A DNA stretch of 64,000 bases from an uncultured Gemmatimonadaceae bacterium (GTDB lineage Bacteria > Gemmatimonadota > Gemmatimonadetes > Gemmatimonadales > Gemmatimonadaceae), in assembly GCA_963817955.1 (NCBI GenBank), contig CAWFQK010000004.1:192001-256000 (forward strand), read 5' to 3'. The position numbers and the translations under genes are program-made. Within the stretch, counting starts at the first letter, position 1; every line of letters begins with the position of its first letter. Of the stretch, positions 52,253 to 61,832 are shown in pieces. The notes under the pieces are model-generated. The model did no database searches. It was given only the letters and a program-made list of their open reading frames with translations, and was not told the DNA's origin.

Positions 52253-53083
52253 CTACCGGTGCGGCGTGTTACACCGCCGGCACCTGCGGTGCCGGCGGGG
52301 GTGATGCTGCAGGCGGCGTTGCGGGCGCCGCCGTACTGCTGTACTGCCTTGCGTACTGCCTTGCGTACTGCCCTGCGTACTGCCCTGCGTTGTGCCCTGC
52401 GTGGTGGCGTCCGCTTGTGCCACGCTCGCGCGAGCGCCGATCTTGACGCCCGGCTTGTGAGCGACGCGCTTCGCTGTGGTCCATGCCGCCTGCAGGCCGG
52501 CATCGGCGCCGATCAACGGCAGCAGCAAACCGTTGAGTACCGTGATGATGGTGCGACCACGCCGCTCCTCAGCCGCCAGGGATGCCGTCGCCCCGCTCCG
52601 GACCACGGTTTGCCCCGATCGCCCATCGATGGCGTCCTGAAGTGCTTGCGCGGACGCCTGCAACCGCGCGATGAAATCCGCCGGGAGCCCGTTGGCCGTG
52701 AACACCGCCGCGTGGCGCGCCGCGGCCTCGCCCATCGCCGCCGCCGCGGCGAGCAGTCGCTCCGTCGAGACGGTCGAGCGCGGCGTAGTGAGCGAGCTAA
52801 AATCGGGAACCGCCGGCAGCCGAAGCTTTGCGATCGCCGCGATGGGATCCATCTGGTGGATCCGCAACGCAAGCCGCAGCGCGCCCAGCTTCGACGTCTC
52901 CCCTCGGCTCGCGCGGCCACCGACCTCCTGAGCGGTGGCGGATGCGCTGAGTTGATCGATGGTGGCGGTCAGCTCCTGCCGAGCGGCAGAACCCATGAGC
53001 GGGGCGAACGCCGTGGGTTGGGCATCGAGAAAGGTGTCGATGCGGCGGAGCGCTTCGAGCATACTGCCTTCGTGGTATTTCAT
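52253..53083 (-). CDS. hypothetical alanine-rich alpha-helical protein with low-complexity tail
   Basis: GGGAGG RBS before ATG 53083 (MKYHEGSMLEALRRIDTFLD...GLPADFIARL...AAWTTAKRV); hairpin downstream. Confidence 0.8.
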   Translation of the reverse strand: MKYHEGSMLEALRRIDTFLDAQPTAFAPLMGSAARQELTATIDQLSASATAQEVGGRASRGETSKLGALRLALRIHQMDPIAAIAKLRLPAVPDFSSLTTPRSTVSTERLLAAAAAMGEAAARHAAVFTANGLPADFIARLQASAQALQDAIDGRSGQTVVRSGATASLAAEERRGRTIITVLNGLLLPLIGADAGLQAAWTTAKRVAHKPGVKIGARASVAQADATTQGTTQGSTQGSTQGSTQGSTAVRRRPQRRLQHHPRRHRRCRRCNTPHR

Positions 53084-53178
53084 GTGGCCTCCCGGCCGAT
53101 GGGGCGCCGAAATGGACCTGCACCCCGACGGGCGCCCGATGCGCCGGGGTCGAATAACGGGAACAACCGCCTCGAGCG

Positions 53179-54160
53179 GTTGCGATGTAGTCTCAGGATG
53201 TTGCGATGTGGTCTCAGGGAGTTGGGATGGCAACTCCGTGCGTTGTGATGCCGTCTCGGAGCGTTGGGGTGTCGCCTCAGCGAGTTGGAGTGGCGTCTCG
53301 GAGCGTTGGAGTGCCGTCTCGCCGAGTTGGAGTCCCATGTCGACGCGTCAGGGTTCCATCTCAACGCGTTGGGATCCCGTCTCAACGCGATGGAGTGCCA
53401 TCGCAACGCGTTCCGATTGCGTCTCGATGAACTAGGATTCCAGCTCGACGCGCTTGGGTGCCGCCTCTGCGAGTTGGAGTGCCGTCTCGCCGCGCTCAGC
53501 TTGTGCCTTGGCGCGTTGGAGTGCTCTCTCGCCGCACTCCGATTGTGTCTCGGGGAGTTGGAGTGCCGTCTCGACGCGTTGCGATCTCAGCTCGAGGCGC
53601 TCCGATTGCATCTCGGCATCGGGCACTGCCGTCTCTGCACGGGCGGGTGTCGTCTCGCGGCGATGCGATGCCTGCTCTGCACGCGAGGATCCTGGCTCAA
53701 CCCGCAGGGATCCTCGCTCGCTACGTTGCGATTCCGTCTACATCCGCAACGATCCTTGCTCGGCCCGTTGGGATTCCGTCTCGGCTCGCAACGATCCTTG
53801 CTCGGTCCGTTGGGATTCCGTCTCGGCTCGCAACGATCCTTGCTCGATCCGTTGGGATTCCGTCTCGGCTCGCAACGATCCCTGCTCGGTCCGTTGGGAT
53901 TCCGTCTGGGCCCGCAACGATCCTTGCTCGATCCGTTGCGATCCTATCTGGGCACGCGACGATCCCTTCTTGGCGCGTTGCAATACCATCTCGCGGCGTT
54001 GCGATGCTCGCTCGGCGCGATCGAATTCCATCTCGGCGCGATCGAATTCCATCTCGGCACGATCGATCCCGTCTCGGCCCATTCGCATTCGATCATGCCA
54101 CGATCGATCCCGTCTCGACCCATTCGCATTCGATGCGTGGCACGATCGATCCCGTCTCGC
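53179..54160. repeat. degenerate 21-nt tandem array (42 phased units 53179-54060, then about 2.5 units of 41-42 nt)
   Basis: Consensus about GTTGSGATKCCGTCTCGNCGC; manual phasing shows no indel across 882 nt. Confidence 0.9.
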
Positions 54161-54339
54161 CGCCCGATCGTCCCGCGATGATCGTAGTCCTATATATTAG
54201 TTCCGAAAACGGGGGGTCAGCGCAAGGGCCAATATGACCGATTGGCCAAAACCGACATGTTTTGAGCGTTTCGGCGTTAGTACTAGTAAATAGATACGTC
54301 AGTCGCGTGTCCCGTGTCACCGAGACTTCGAGAAAGTCG

Positions 54340-54792
54340 CTAGACGCCTTTCTCTTCGAGTAGCGCGAGGAATTCCTTCGGATCGTTGAGCGCGAGGAGC
54401 CGCGTCGGAACGTCGGATTCCTTGCTGAACTGCGCGATCTTTCCAAGCACCGGCAGATACTGGTTAGAGACCTCGAGCGGCGGCGCGACGATGAGGAAGA
54501 AGAAGTGGACCGGCTTCTCATCGATCGCCTTGAAGTCCACGCCGTCTTTCTTGCGGCCGAACGCAACGCGCAGCTTGTTGACGACGAGCGACCGGCAGTG
54601 AGGAATGGCGATTCCCCGACCGATGCCGGTAGAACCGAGGTTTTCGCGACGCTTGAGCATCTTGAACAGCATGCCCTCTGACTTCTCGTCGAGCTTGAGC
54701 AGCCCAATGAGCTCGCGCAGGATCTCGTCTTTGGAGGTGCCCGTCAGGTCGAGCTTGATTGCGTCTTCGCTGAAGAACTCGCGCAGTTCCAT
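54340..54792 (-). CDS. PTS EIIA component (PtsN/fructose-type)
   Basis: RE.LGSTGIG.GIAIPH phospho-His motif, DFKAIDEKPV. Confidence 0.92.
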   Translation of the reverse strand: MELREFFSEDAIKLDLTGTSKDEILRELIGLLKLDEKSEGMLFKMLKRRENLGSTGIGRGIAIPHCRSLVVNKLRVAFGRKKDGVDFKAIDEKPVHFFFLIVAPPLEVSNQYLPVLGKIAQFSKESDVPTRLLALNDPKEFLALLEEKGV

Positions 54793-54909
54793 CCGTTGAC
54801 TCGTCTAAGGACGTCTTATCATCGTGTGAACGTGCGAAGTTATCCGGTGCTGGAACGTGTGTCAAATGCTGATGTTGCTTCGACTTCCGCGCTGTCTTAA
54901 CTTCAACGA

Positions 54910-55947
54910 ATGAAACGGTTTCCGTTCGCGCTGTCCGTGGATGTGCCTCTGTACCTCGCGCCCATGGCCGGGATATCGGAGTCACCATTCCGCCGGCTCT
55001 GCCGCCTGAATGGCGCGGACGTAGTCGTGACGGAGTTCCTCTCTGCCGAAGGTATACGGCGAGAGAACGAAGCCACCATCAGGAAGCTGCGCTTTGGCAC
55101 TGAGGAGCGTCCAATCGGCGTGCAGATCTTCGGCGCGGACGCCGCCGCCATGGGCGAAGCAGCGGCGTTTGTCACCGATGTCTTTGCGCCGGAGTTCATC
55201 GACATCAACTTCGGCTGCCCGGTCAAGAAGGTCGTCAGGCGGAACGGCGGCTCGGGCTGTCTCAAGGATCTGGACGGCGTTCAGGATATCATCCGCGCTG
55301 TCGTGCGCAGCACGCACCTGCCGGTCACCGTGAAGACACGCAGCGGATGGAGCGAGGAAACGCGCGATCCCGTCGGCATCGCGCTCCGCATGCAGGATGC
55401 CGGGGCACGCGCCTTTACGCTGCACGCCCGCACACGGACGCAGATGTACACTGGTGCGGCACGCTGGGAAGAGATCGCCGCCGTCGTGGAGGCGCTCGAC
55501 GTGCCAGTGCTCGGCAATGGTGACATCAAGACGGCGGACGACGCTCTACGCATGCAGCGCATGACGAATTGCGCCGGCATCATGATCGGACGCGGCGCAT
55601 TCGGTCAGCCCTGGATCTTCGACCAAGCGCGCGATCTGCTCAGCGGCCGACCCATGCGCCCCGCGCCGGCCGTTGAAGAGCGGTTCGCAATTGCGCTCAC
55701 GCACGCGAAGATGGCTCACGAGTACGAGCCGGACCGCCAGGGCGCCGCCCTCGAGTTCCGTAAGCATTTGGGGTGGTATTGCAAGGGACTGCCGGGCTCG
55801 GCGGACCTGCGCAAGAAGCTGCATGCCGTGAATTCACTCGGTGAAGTTGAGGGCATCTTTGCGACGTACCTCGAGATCGGCGATCGCTCCGTGGCAGCGG
55901 GCGGAGCCGACGCCGAATCGGACGCGCTCCAGACCTCCGCAGTATGA
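54910..55947 (+). CDS. dusB: tRNA-dihydrouridine synthase
   Basis: LAPMAG, DINFGCPV, HARTR, NGDI, MIGRG. Confidence 0.93.
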   Translation: MKRFPFALSVDVPLYLAPMAGISESPFRRLCRLNGADVVVTEFLSAEGIRRENEATIRKLRFGTEERPIGVQIFGADAAAMGEAAAFVTDVFAPEFIDINFGCPVKKVVRRNGGSGCLKDLDGVQDIIRAVVRSTHLPVTVKTRSGWSEETRDPVGIALRMQDAGARAFTLHARTRTQMYTGAARWEEIAAVVEALDVPVLGNGDIKTADDALRMQRMTNCAGIMIGRGAFGQPWIFDQARDLLSGRPMRPAPAVEERFAIALTHAKMAHEYEPDRQGAALEFRKHLGWYCKGLPGSADLRKKLHAVNSLGEVEGIFATYLEIGDRSVAAGGADAESDALQTSAV

Positions 55948-56693
55948 GGCGCGAGCTCGTTCGCGATCTGTTGCAGCAGGTCGCGAATGGCGACGTCGAC
56001 GTCCACGACGCACTCGAGACGCTCGCATTCGAGCCCGTTGAGTCGCTGGCGTTCGCCACCATCGATCACCATCGCGCGCTCCGGCAGGGATTTCCAGAAG
56101 TCATATATGGCGCGGGAAAGACGCCCGCCCAGATTGGCGCGATCGCGCAGCGCCTTGCCGCGTGCGGCGACGGGTTCCTCGCGACACGACTTGCCCCGGA
56201 GGCCGCCGAGCACCTGCGCACCACCGTCCCGGGAGTCGAGTTGAACGACGTGGCGCGCACCGCGCACTTGCGAGGCCGGGTGCCGCCATCGGTTGCGGAA
56301 GGCACCGTCACCATCGTTACCGCCGGCACGAGTGATCTGCCGGTTGCCGAAGAAGCCGCGGTCACACTCGATGTTCTCGGCAATTGCGTGGCGTGGATCA
56401 CAGACGTTGGTGTGGCGGGTATCCATCGTGTGCTCGCGCGACGGAACGAACTCGCATCGGCGGCGGTCGTCATTGTGATCGCGGGAATGGACGGAGCGCT
56501 GCCATCGGTGGTAGGCGGCCTAGTCCGCTCACCAGTGATCGCGGTACCGACCAGTGTGGGCTACGGAGCGTCCTTTCAGGGCATCGCACCGTTGCTCACC
56601 ATGCTGAATAGTTGCGCGGCGGGTATCACCGTCGTGAATATCGATAATGGCTTTGGGGCGGCGGTGGCCGCGTCCCGCATCACGCATCGGTAG
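55944..56693 (+). CDS. larB: LarB-like (AIR carboxylase/PurE-fold) protein
   Basis: DHHR..RQGFPEVIYG.GKT, AGTSDLPVAEEA, AGMDGALPSVV, PTSVGYGA, NIDNGFGA. Confidence 0.88.
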   Translation: MRRELVRDLLQQVANGDVDVHDALETLAFEPVESLAFATIDHHRALRQGFPEVIYGAGKTPAQIGAIAQRLAACGDGFLATRLAPEAAEHLRTTVPGVELNDVARTAHLRGRVPPSVAEGTVTIVTAGTSDLPVAEEAAVTLDVLGNCVAWITDVGVAGIHRVLARRNELASAAVVIVIAGMDGALPSVVGGLVRSPVIAVPTSVGYGASFQGIAPLLTMLNSCAAGITVVNIDNGFGAAVAASRITHR

Positions 56694-56741
56694 CGACGGA
56701 TCTCTACCCGGACGCATCATGCGTCCGCAAACAGGGTCTTG

Positions 56742-58424
56742 ATGGTCGCGTCCACATTGCGCATCCTGCACGTGCTCGCTTCATGGTCCGTGCCCGCAGG
56801 GATTGGCGGGCTCGCCACGCTCGCCGCACTCGCTTGGTTGCGGCGATACGCCTCGCAGGCGGGCTCCCAGACGCTCACACGCGTCGCCACGCACCTGGCA
56901 TCGGGCTCGACGGCCAAGCGGACGCCCGCCAAGTCCACGGCGCTGCAGCGCGATATCCAGGAGGTGTTCGAGATCAACGAGGCAACCTATGACCTCGAGA
57001 TGCTCGACCGTCTGCTGCGCGACGTACGCGACCTGTCGAGGGCCGACGAGGCGATCTTCTGGCGATGGGTAGAGACGCGGCAGACGCTCGTGCCGAATGC
57101 TTGGTCCACCGCCGGCGAGCCGCGACCGGCGCATTTTGACATGCGCGCGTGGAGCCCGCTCGTGCGCTGGTGCGCCGAGCAGGGCACCGTACAGTTTGCC
57201 GGCAACGCCGATGCGCCGCCGCTGCTCGCCGCCGCACGTGTCGTATGCGGGTCACAGATGTACGGCGTGCTCACCGTGACGGCGGCCTCCGGGCTACGCC
57301 TCGATCGCGAGGCGGCCCGCTCATGGATGCCGCGGTTCGCGGCGCAGGTCGCAAACCTAGTACAACTATTCGAGATCCGGCGTGAGTACGGAAGGCACAT
57401 GCGGCACAGCGAAGCCCTGCTCGACGCCGTGCGGCGCCTTCATGGACATCGCAACGCCGAAGCGTTGGCGCAGGCACTATGCGACACTGCTCGGGATGTG
57501 ACATCCGCGTCGGTCGCGGGGGTCGTGCGCTGGAATGCAGTCGACCAGCACGGAGTGCTGCAGGCACTTTCGCCCAGCCTCGACATCGAAGCGGGCTTCC
57601 ATGTTACGGCCGACTCGATCGTCGGGAAGGCATGCACCGCGAAGTTGCCGATCGTGCTGAATGACGCACGCTCCGCAGTCGTTGAAAGCTGCCCGTACGG
57701 CGGCTTTCCGCGCACCATTGGTTCACTAGCCGTCGTGCCCGTCCGGACCGGCGATACGGTGATCGGCGCGATTGTCGTCGAGGGCAACGACCCGGGAGAC
57801 GTTTCGCAACATGAAGCCCGGAACGTCGGATTACTCGCCGCCGTGGTGCGGGGACCACTCGAGATCGTTTGGGAGATCGAAGAGGTGAGTCGTAGCGCCC
57901 GCACCGATTCGCTCACTCGATTGGCCAACCGACGACACTTTGACGAACAGCTCGCGCGTGTCATTGCCGAAACAGACAGGTTCGGCGGAACCTGTTCGCT
58001 CATCTTCGTGGATCTCGATCATTTCAAGGCGGTGAACGACCGCTACGGTCATGAGGCAGGTGACGCCGTGCTCCGGGATGCAGCGCAGATGCTCTCGCAG
58101 GCCGTGCGCACGGTGGATCTCTGCGCGCGATATGGAGGAGAGGAGATCGCGATTCTGCTGCCTCAGACATCCCAGGAGGGAGCGGTCGAGCTTGCCGAAC
58201 GGCTGCGCATCGTACTCGAATCGAGACGCGTCAAGCAGGGCGACGAGGCGATCTGTATCACGGCGTCGTTCGGTGTCGCGACGTATCCGGACCCTGTGCC
58301 GTACGGCGATCGGTTGGTGCCCGCAGCCGACAAAGCACTGTACGAAGCGAAGGCCGCTGGGAGAAATTGCGTGAGGGTGATTCAGGCAAAGCACGTCACG
58401 TCAGCGTCTTACAAGAGTCGCTGA
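56742..58424 (+). CDS. GAF-domain diguanylate cyclase
   Basis: DSLTRLANRR, DLDHFKAVND.YGH.AGD, RYGGEEI, ADKALYEAK..GRN; RxxD I-site (RTVD). Confidence 0.9.
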   Translation: MVASTLRILHVLASWSVPAGIGGLATLAALAWLRRYASQAGSQTLTRVATHLASGSTAKRTPAKSTALQRDIQEVFEINEATYDLEMLDRLLRDVRDLSRADEAIFWRWVETRQTLVPNAWSTAGEPRPAHFDMRAWSPLVRWCAEQGTVQFAGNADAPPLLAAARVVCGSQMYGVLTVTAASGLRLDREAARSWMPRFAAQVANLVQLFEIRREYGRHMRHSEALLDAVRRLHGHRNAEALAQALCDTARDVTSASVAGVVRWNAVDQHGVLQALSPSLDIEAGFHVTADSIVGKACTAKLPIVLNDARSAVVESCPYGGFPRTIGSLAVVPVRTGDTVIGAIVVEGNDPGDVSQHEARNVGLLAAVVRGPLEIVWEIEEVSRSARTDSLTRLANRRHFDEQLARVIAETDRFGGTCSLIFVDLDHFKAVNDRYGHEAGDAVLRDAAQMLSQAVRTVDLCARYGGEEIAILLPQTSQEGAVELAERLRIVLESRRVKQGDEAICITASFGVATYPDPVPYGDRLVPAADKALYEAKAAGRNCVRVIQAKHVTSASYKSR

Positions 58425-58484
58425 AGAGCCCGGAGCGTTAACACGGGTTGATTCCCGGTCCGAACTGACTAGACTTGAGGCTAC

Positions 58485-58843
58485 GGGGGCGACTGGCTTC
58501 GACGGGGTAAGTGAAGCTGTGGCTGCGTGCCCAGGTCGTCGGGAACCTGGTAAAACACTCGACAAAAACCCAACTGCGAACAACAACTTCGCCCTTGCTG
58601 CGTAACTTTTAGTTCCGCGTGCGAGTGCCTAGAGGGAAGCCCGCCCGGGGCGGCTTTCTAGGTATCGGAAATCCGGGATAGCTGGCACGATCGCCCTCGA
58701 CGGGCCGGCGAGATCAAGAGGGCTTATTCGCGCGTGGGTCGTCTGCCAACCAGCGCGCGGAGACATCTAACGGCGGACTACGCACGTAGTGGCTGTGGTC
58801 GATCTATTCTCGGACCCGGGTTCAATTCCCGGCGCCTCCATCA
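58485..58843 (+). ncRNA. ssrA: tmRNA; tag peptide ANNNFALAA* encoded at 58576-58605
   Basis: 5' GGGGGCGACTGGCTTCGAC; 3' GACCCGGGTTCAATTCCCGGCGCCTCCA; resume codon GCG and tag ending ALAA. Confidence 0.96.
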
Positions 58844-58845
58844 CC

Positions 58846-58888
58846 AACCAAAACGCCGCCGGCATGATGCCGGCGGCGTTTTGGTTTG
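58846..58888. terminator. bidirectional terminator after ssrA
   Basis: AACCAAAACGCCGCCGGCAT-G-ATGCCGGCGGCGTTTTGGTT. Confidence 0.85.
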
Positions 58889-58912
58889 CAGGACATTGGG
58901 CGAGACGGCCTC

Positions 58913-59926
58913 TCACGGACTCTCTGTGCCCCGCGGCGCACTCAATTCCAAACCTCGGTCTTCCGCGCGGACAGCCTTCTTCCTCTTGAATATGAACTCC
59001 GGTGCCAGCACAACGCCAAGCAGCGTGACCGGAATGATTTGCTGCGCCTGGATGAGAAAGGCCACGGCGATTGCCTGATCCTTGTCCATACCAAATGCCA
59101 CGGCGGCGAGGGCGTACATCCCTTGGAAAACACCGACGTTGCCGGGAGTGGGACGGGCGGCAAACGAGATGTTGACGAGGAGAATCGCCGCGACGGTGCC
59201 GACGAGCGTGATGTTGAAGTTGGCCGCCCGTGCAGTCAGGCTGTAGGTCCACACCTGCAACGCCCAGATGCCCACGGAGAGCAAGAGCGCAATCGCGAAA
59301 CGCGGGCCGGTGGATATGCCGCCGATGGTGTGAACGAAGTGCTTCATGTACGCCGCGAAACGGCCGCGCCATGCCGTCGCTGGCGCTGCTGCGACGATCT
59401 CCTTTTCGGGACGCCGCACGAGATACACCATCAGCACCGCGACGCCCACCAAGGCGAGCCAGGCAATCGGTCGCGTGCGAACCAGCATGGGAGGTAGCTC
59501 GAGGAACGACACGGACAAGGCGAGCAAGACGATATAGCCGATCAACTCGAACAGACGCTCCAGCGCGAGCGTTGCCAATACCTTGGCGCTCTGAACGTGC
59601 GCGGCGCGCGACACGAAGACGACGCGCGCCGCCTCACCGCCGTTCGCAACAAGAACGTTGTTCAGTCCCGCGCCCGCGACCGTTGCCTTCAGTGCCATCC
59701 GGAGCGAGTTCGCGCCAACCGGGCGGAGAAAAACCCACCACCGCACACCTTTGAGCGCCAGCGAAAGCAGGTTGACGACCGCTGCCGCCAGGAGCACATC
59801 CATGTCGGCGCCGCTGATGCTCGCCCACGTTGTACCCCAGTTCACTTTTCGCGCGAACACGACGAGCGCCGCAATGATCACGGCACTGAAGCCGATACGG
59901 ATGATGCGCGAGCCGGCTTTCTTCAT
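58913..59926 (-). CDS. lysylphosphatidylglycerol-synthase-TM (UPF0104) flippase-like membrane protein
   Basis: RW..FL, NN.L....GEAAR, ERLFE, PTPGNVGVF; about 8 hydrophobic segments. Confidence 0.85.
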   Translation of the reverse strand: MKKAGSRIIRIGFSAVIIAALVVFARKVNWGTTWASISGADMDVLLAAAVVNLLSLALKGVRWWVFLRPVGANSLRMALKATVAGAGLNNVLVANGGEAARVVFVSRAAHVQSAKVLATLALERLFELIGYIVLLALSVSFLELPPMLVRTRPIAWLALVGVAVLMVYLVRRPEKEIVAAAPATAWRGRFAAYMKHFVHTIGGISTGPRFAIALLLSVGIWALQVWTYSLTARAANFNITLVGTVAAILLVNISFAARPTPGNVGVFQGMYALAAVAFGMDKDQAIAVAFLIQAQQIIPVTLLGVVLAPEFIFKRKKAVRAEDRGLELSAPRGTESP

Positions 59927-60615
59927 GCGGCGTCGAGGAGGTCGAAGCGGTAGCCCAGGCTCAGCAGTCGATCGACGATGAGCGGGACCGCCTGTGCCGT
60001 CTGCATCCGATCGCCGTCCGGATCGTACCCGTCGCCGTCGTGGAGCAGGAGGATCGATCCTGGGCGAACACCGGCCACGGTTCGTTGAACGATCGCGTCC
60101 ACGCCAGGCTTGTCCGTGTCCCAGACGCCAAGCGACCATCCAACTGTTCGCTGCCCCAGTGACCGGGCAATGGGGGTGACCCATGGGCTGCGGAAACCAT
60201 GCGGCGCGCGAAAGAGCCGCGGATGCACACCCGCCGCCTTTTCGATCGCCCGTGTGCCGAGAGTGAGATCCGTGCGCACGTAGGTGGGCGACTTGAAGTG
60301 CAGCTTTCGGTGGAAGTAGCCGTGATTGCCGATTGCGTGCCCTTCGTCGGCCACGCGTTTGGCGAGGTCAGGCCATCGCTCGGCATACCGACCTAGGATG
60401 AAGAACGTCGCCTTCACCCCGCGCGCGTTGAGCGCGTCGAGTATCACGGGCGTGGCGTGCGGATTCGGGCCGTCGTCGAACGTCAGCGCGACGGCCCGAT
60501 CAGCGGCGGGCACTCCGGTGATCGTGGGGCCAAACAGGGGACTGTTGCGATGGAAGGCGCCGTGTGCGGCCGCCCCGCCGAGCAGGACGACGCCGGCGCC
60601 CAAGCCAAGGATCAT
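59923..60615 (-). CDS. polysaccharide deacetylase (CE4/NodB)
   Basis: ALTFDDGP, ATFF, GNHGYFH, FRAPHG, ILLLHD; N-terminal membrane anchor. Confidence 0.93.
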   Translation of the reverse strand: MILGLGAGVVLLGGAAAHGAFHRNSPLFGPTITGVPAADRAVALTFDDGPNPHATPVILDALNARGVKATFFILGRYAERWPDLAKRVADEGHAIGNHGYFHRKLHFKSPTYVRTDLTLGTRAIEKAAGVHPRLFRAPHGFRSPWVTPIARSLGQRTVGWSLGVWDTDKPGVDAIVQRTVAGVRPGSILLLHDGDGYDPDGDRMQTAQAVPLIVDRLLSLGYRFDLLDAA

Positions 60616-61832
60616 ACTCCGACGGCGACGCGACCGAGAACGTCCTGATACACGTCGATCACGCGAGCCGTGACACGCGCCCACGAGTATTCGAGCGAAT
60701 TCTGGCGCCCGGTGGTGCCGAGCTGGATGGCGAGCCCCTCGTCGTCCAGTACACGCACGAGCGAATCAGCAAGCGCTTCGCGGTTGCCGCACGGGACCAT
60801 CAACGCCTCGCGCCCATCGACGACGACGTCTCGGAACCCGAGGATGTCCGAACAGACCACCGGTGTTTCGCATGCCATGGACTCGAGGAGCGTAATGCCG
60901 AACGATGCTTTCGTGGTGGGGCAAGCGTACACGGAGCTGTGCGCATAATAGCTCGGCCGACCCTCGAGGATCGCACCGACGAACACGATGTCCTTGTCGC
61001 CGTTCGCCTGCTTGTAGTAATGCTCGCGGAGCGGGCCGTCACCGACAACCACAAGTCTCGCTTGGCGGCCTCGGTTGCCCCGTCCCTTGACCTTGCGAAA
61101 CGAATCGATGAGGGTGGTCAGTCCATTTCGTGGATCGAATCGGCCGAGGAAAAGCACTGTCGGAATATCCTTCGGCAGTCCCGGCGGCGGCGGAGCGTTC
61201 GGATTGAAGACGTCTGTGTCGATGCCGTTAGGAATGATCTGCCAATCGGCCTCGAAGTAGCGCTCCAGCGCGACGGTGGTGCTGTGCGAAACGGCCACGG
61301 CCGCGCTGAGCATGTCGAGGCGCTTCTGGAAGAAGCGTCGCCCCAGCCGGTAGCCAATGGAACGATCGAAATACGTATGGAACGTTCCGACGACGGGGCA
61401 GTCGGCCTCTTCGATGGCGAGGATGGGCAGAACTGGCGTCAGTGGCGAGTGCACGTGCACGATGTCGTACTTGCCGTCTCGAAGCACGCGGCGCATGTCA
61501 CGCCGAAGATTCCAGCCCATGGAGATGCGGGCCTGAGAGCCGTTGCAGTACACGGGCTGGCTGCGGCCCAGGTGGATGACGTGCGGCTGCTCCTCGGCGC
61601 CGGGAATATGGGACGTTATAACGTCCACATGGTGACCGCGACGGCGCGCCTCACGAGCAAAGAAATGCACGTGCTCGCAAACCCCGCCCAAGTGCGGGTA
61701 GTAATACTCGGTTACGAGAGCGATGCGGAGCGGCCTCTCGTCGTAGTCCAACGGCAGTGCCGGCAAGTTGGGCAGTGTCGGGTGACTACGACGTGCGCGC
61801 TTTGTCTGAAACCGAGGATTCAAGAGCGGCAT
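60612..61832 (-). CDS. GT4 glycosyltransferase (PimA-like); start uncertain
   Basis: YYPHLGGV, VHVHSP, IPNGID, FLGRFDPRNG, SFGITLLESMAC. Confidence 0.9.
   Translation of the reverse strand: MPLLNPRFQTKRARRSHPTLPNLPALPLDYDERPLRIALVTEYYYPHLGGVCEHVHFFAREARRRGHHVDVITSHIPGAEEQPHVIHLGRSQPVYCNGSQARISMGWNLRRDMRRVLRDGKYDIVHVHSPLTPVLPILAIEEADCPVVGTFHTYFDRSIGYRLGRRFFQKRLDMLSAAVAVSHSTTVALERYFEADWQIIPNGIDTDVFNPNAPPPPGLPKDIPTVLFLGRFDPRNGLTTLIDSFRKVKGRGNRGRQARLVVVGDGPLREHYYKQANGDKDIVFVGAILEGRPSYYAHSSVYACPTTKASFGITLLESMACETPVVCSDILGFRDVVVDGREALMVPCGNREALADSLVRVLDDEGLAIQLGTTGRQNSLEYSWARVTARVIDVYQDVLGRVAVGV

Noticed and set aside
53084..53338. 85-aa N-terminal extension of the 52253 ORF in the track
   Set aside because: It is translated array sequence; the strong GGGAGG RBS points to ATG 53083
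53179..54160. CRISPR array interpretation of the 21-nt repeats
   Set aside because: No invariant 23-47-nt repeat alternating with unique spacers, and no cas genes in the window
53264..54181. 305-aa + strand Leu-heptad ORF and other ORFs across the array
   Set aside because: Openness is expected from a 21-nt GC-rich repeat; no RBS seen; the Cys/Gly/Pro-rich composition is poor for a coiled coil. Not fully excluded.
58840..58920. Possible island integrated at the tmRNA 3' end
   Set aside because: No integrase or duplicated ssrA 3' fragment seen; a terminator and ordinary genes follow
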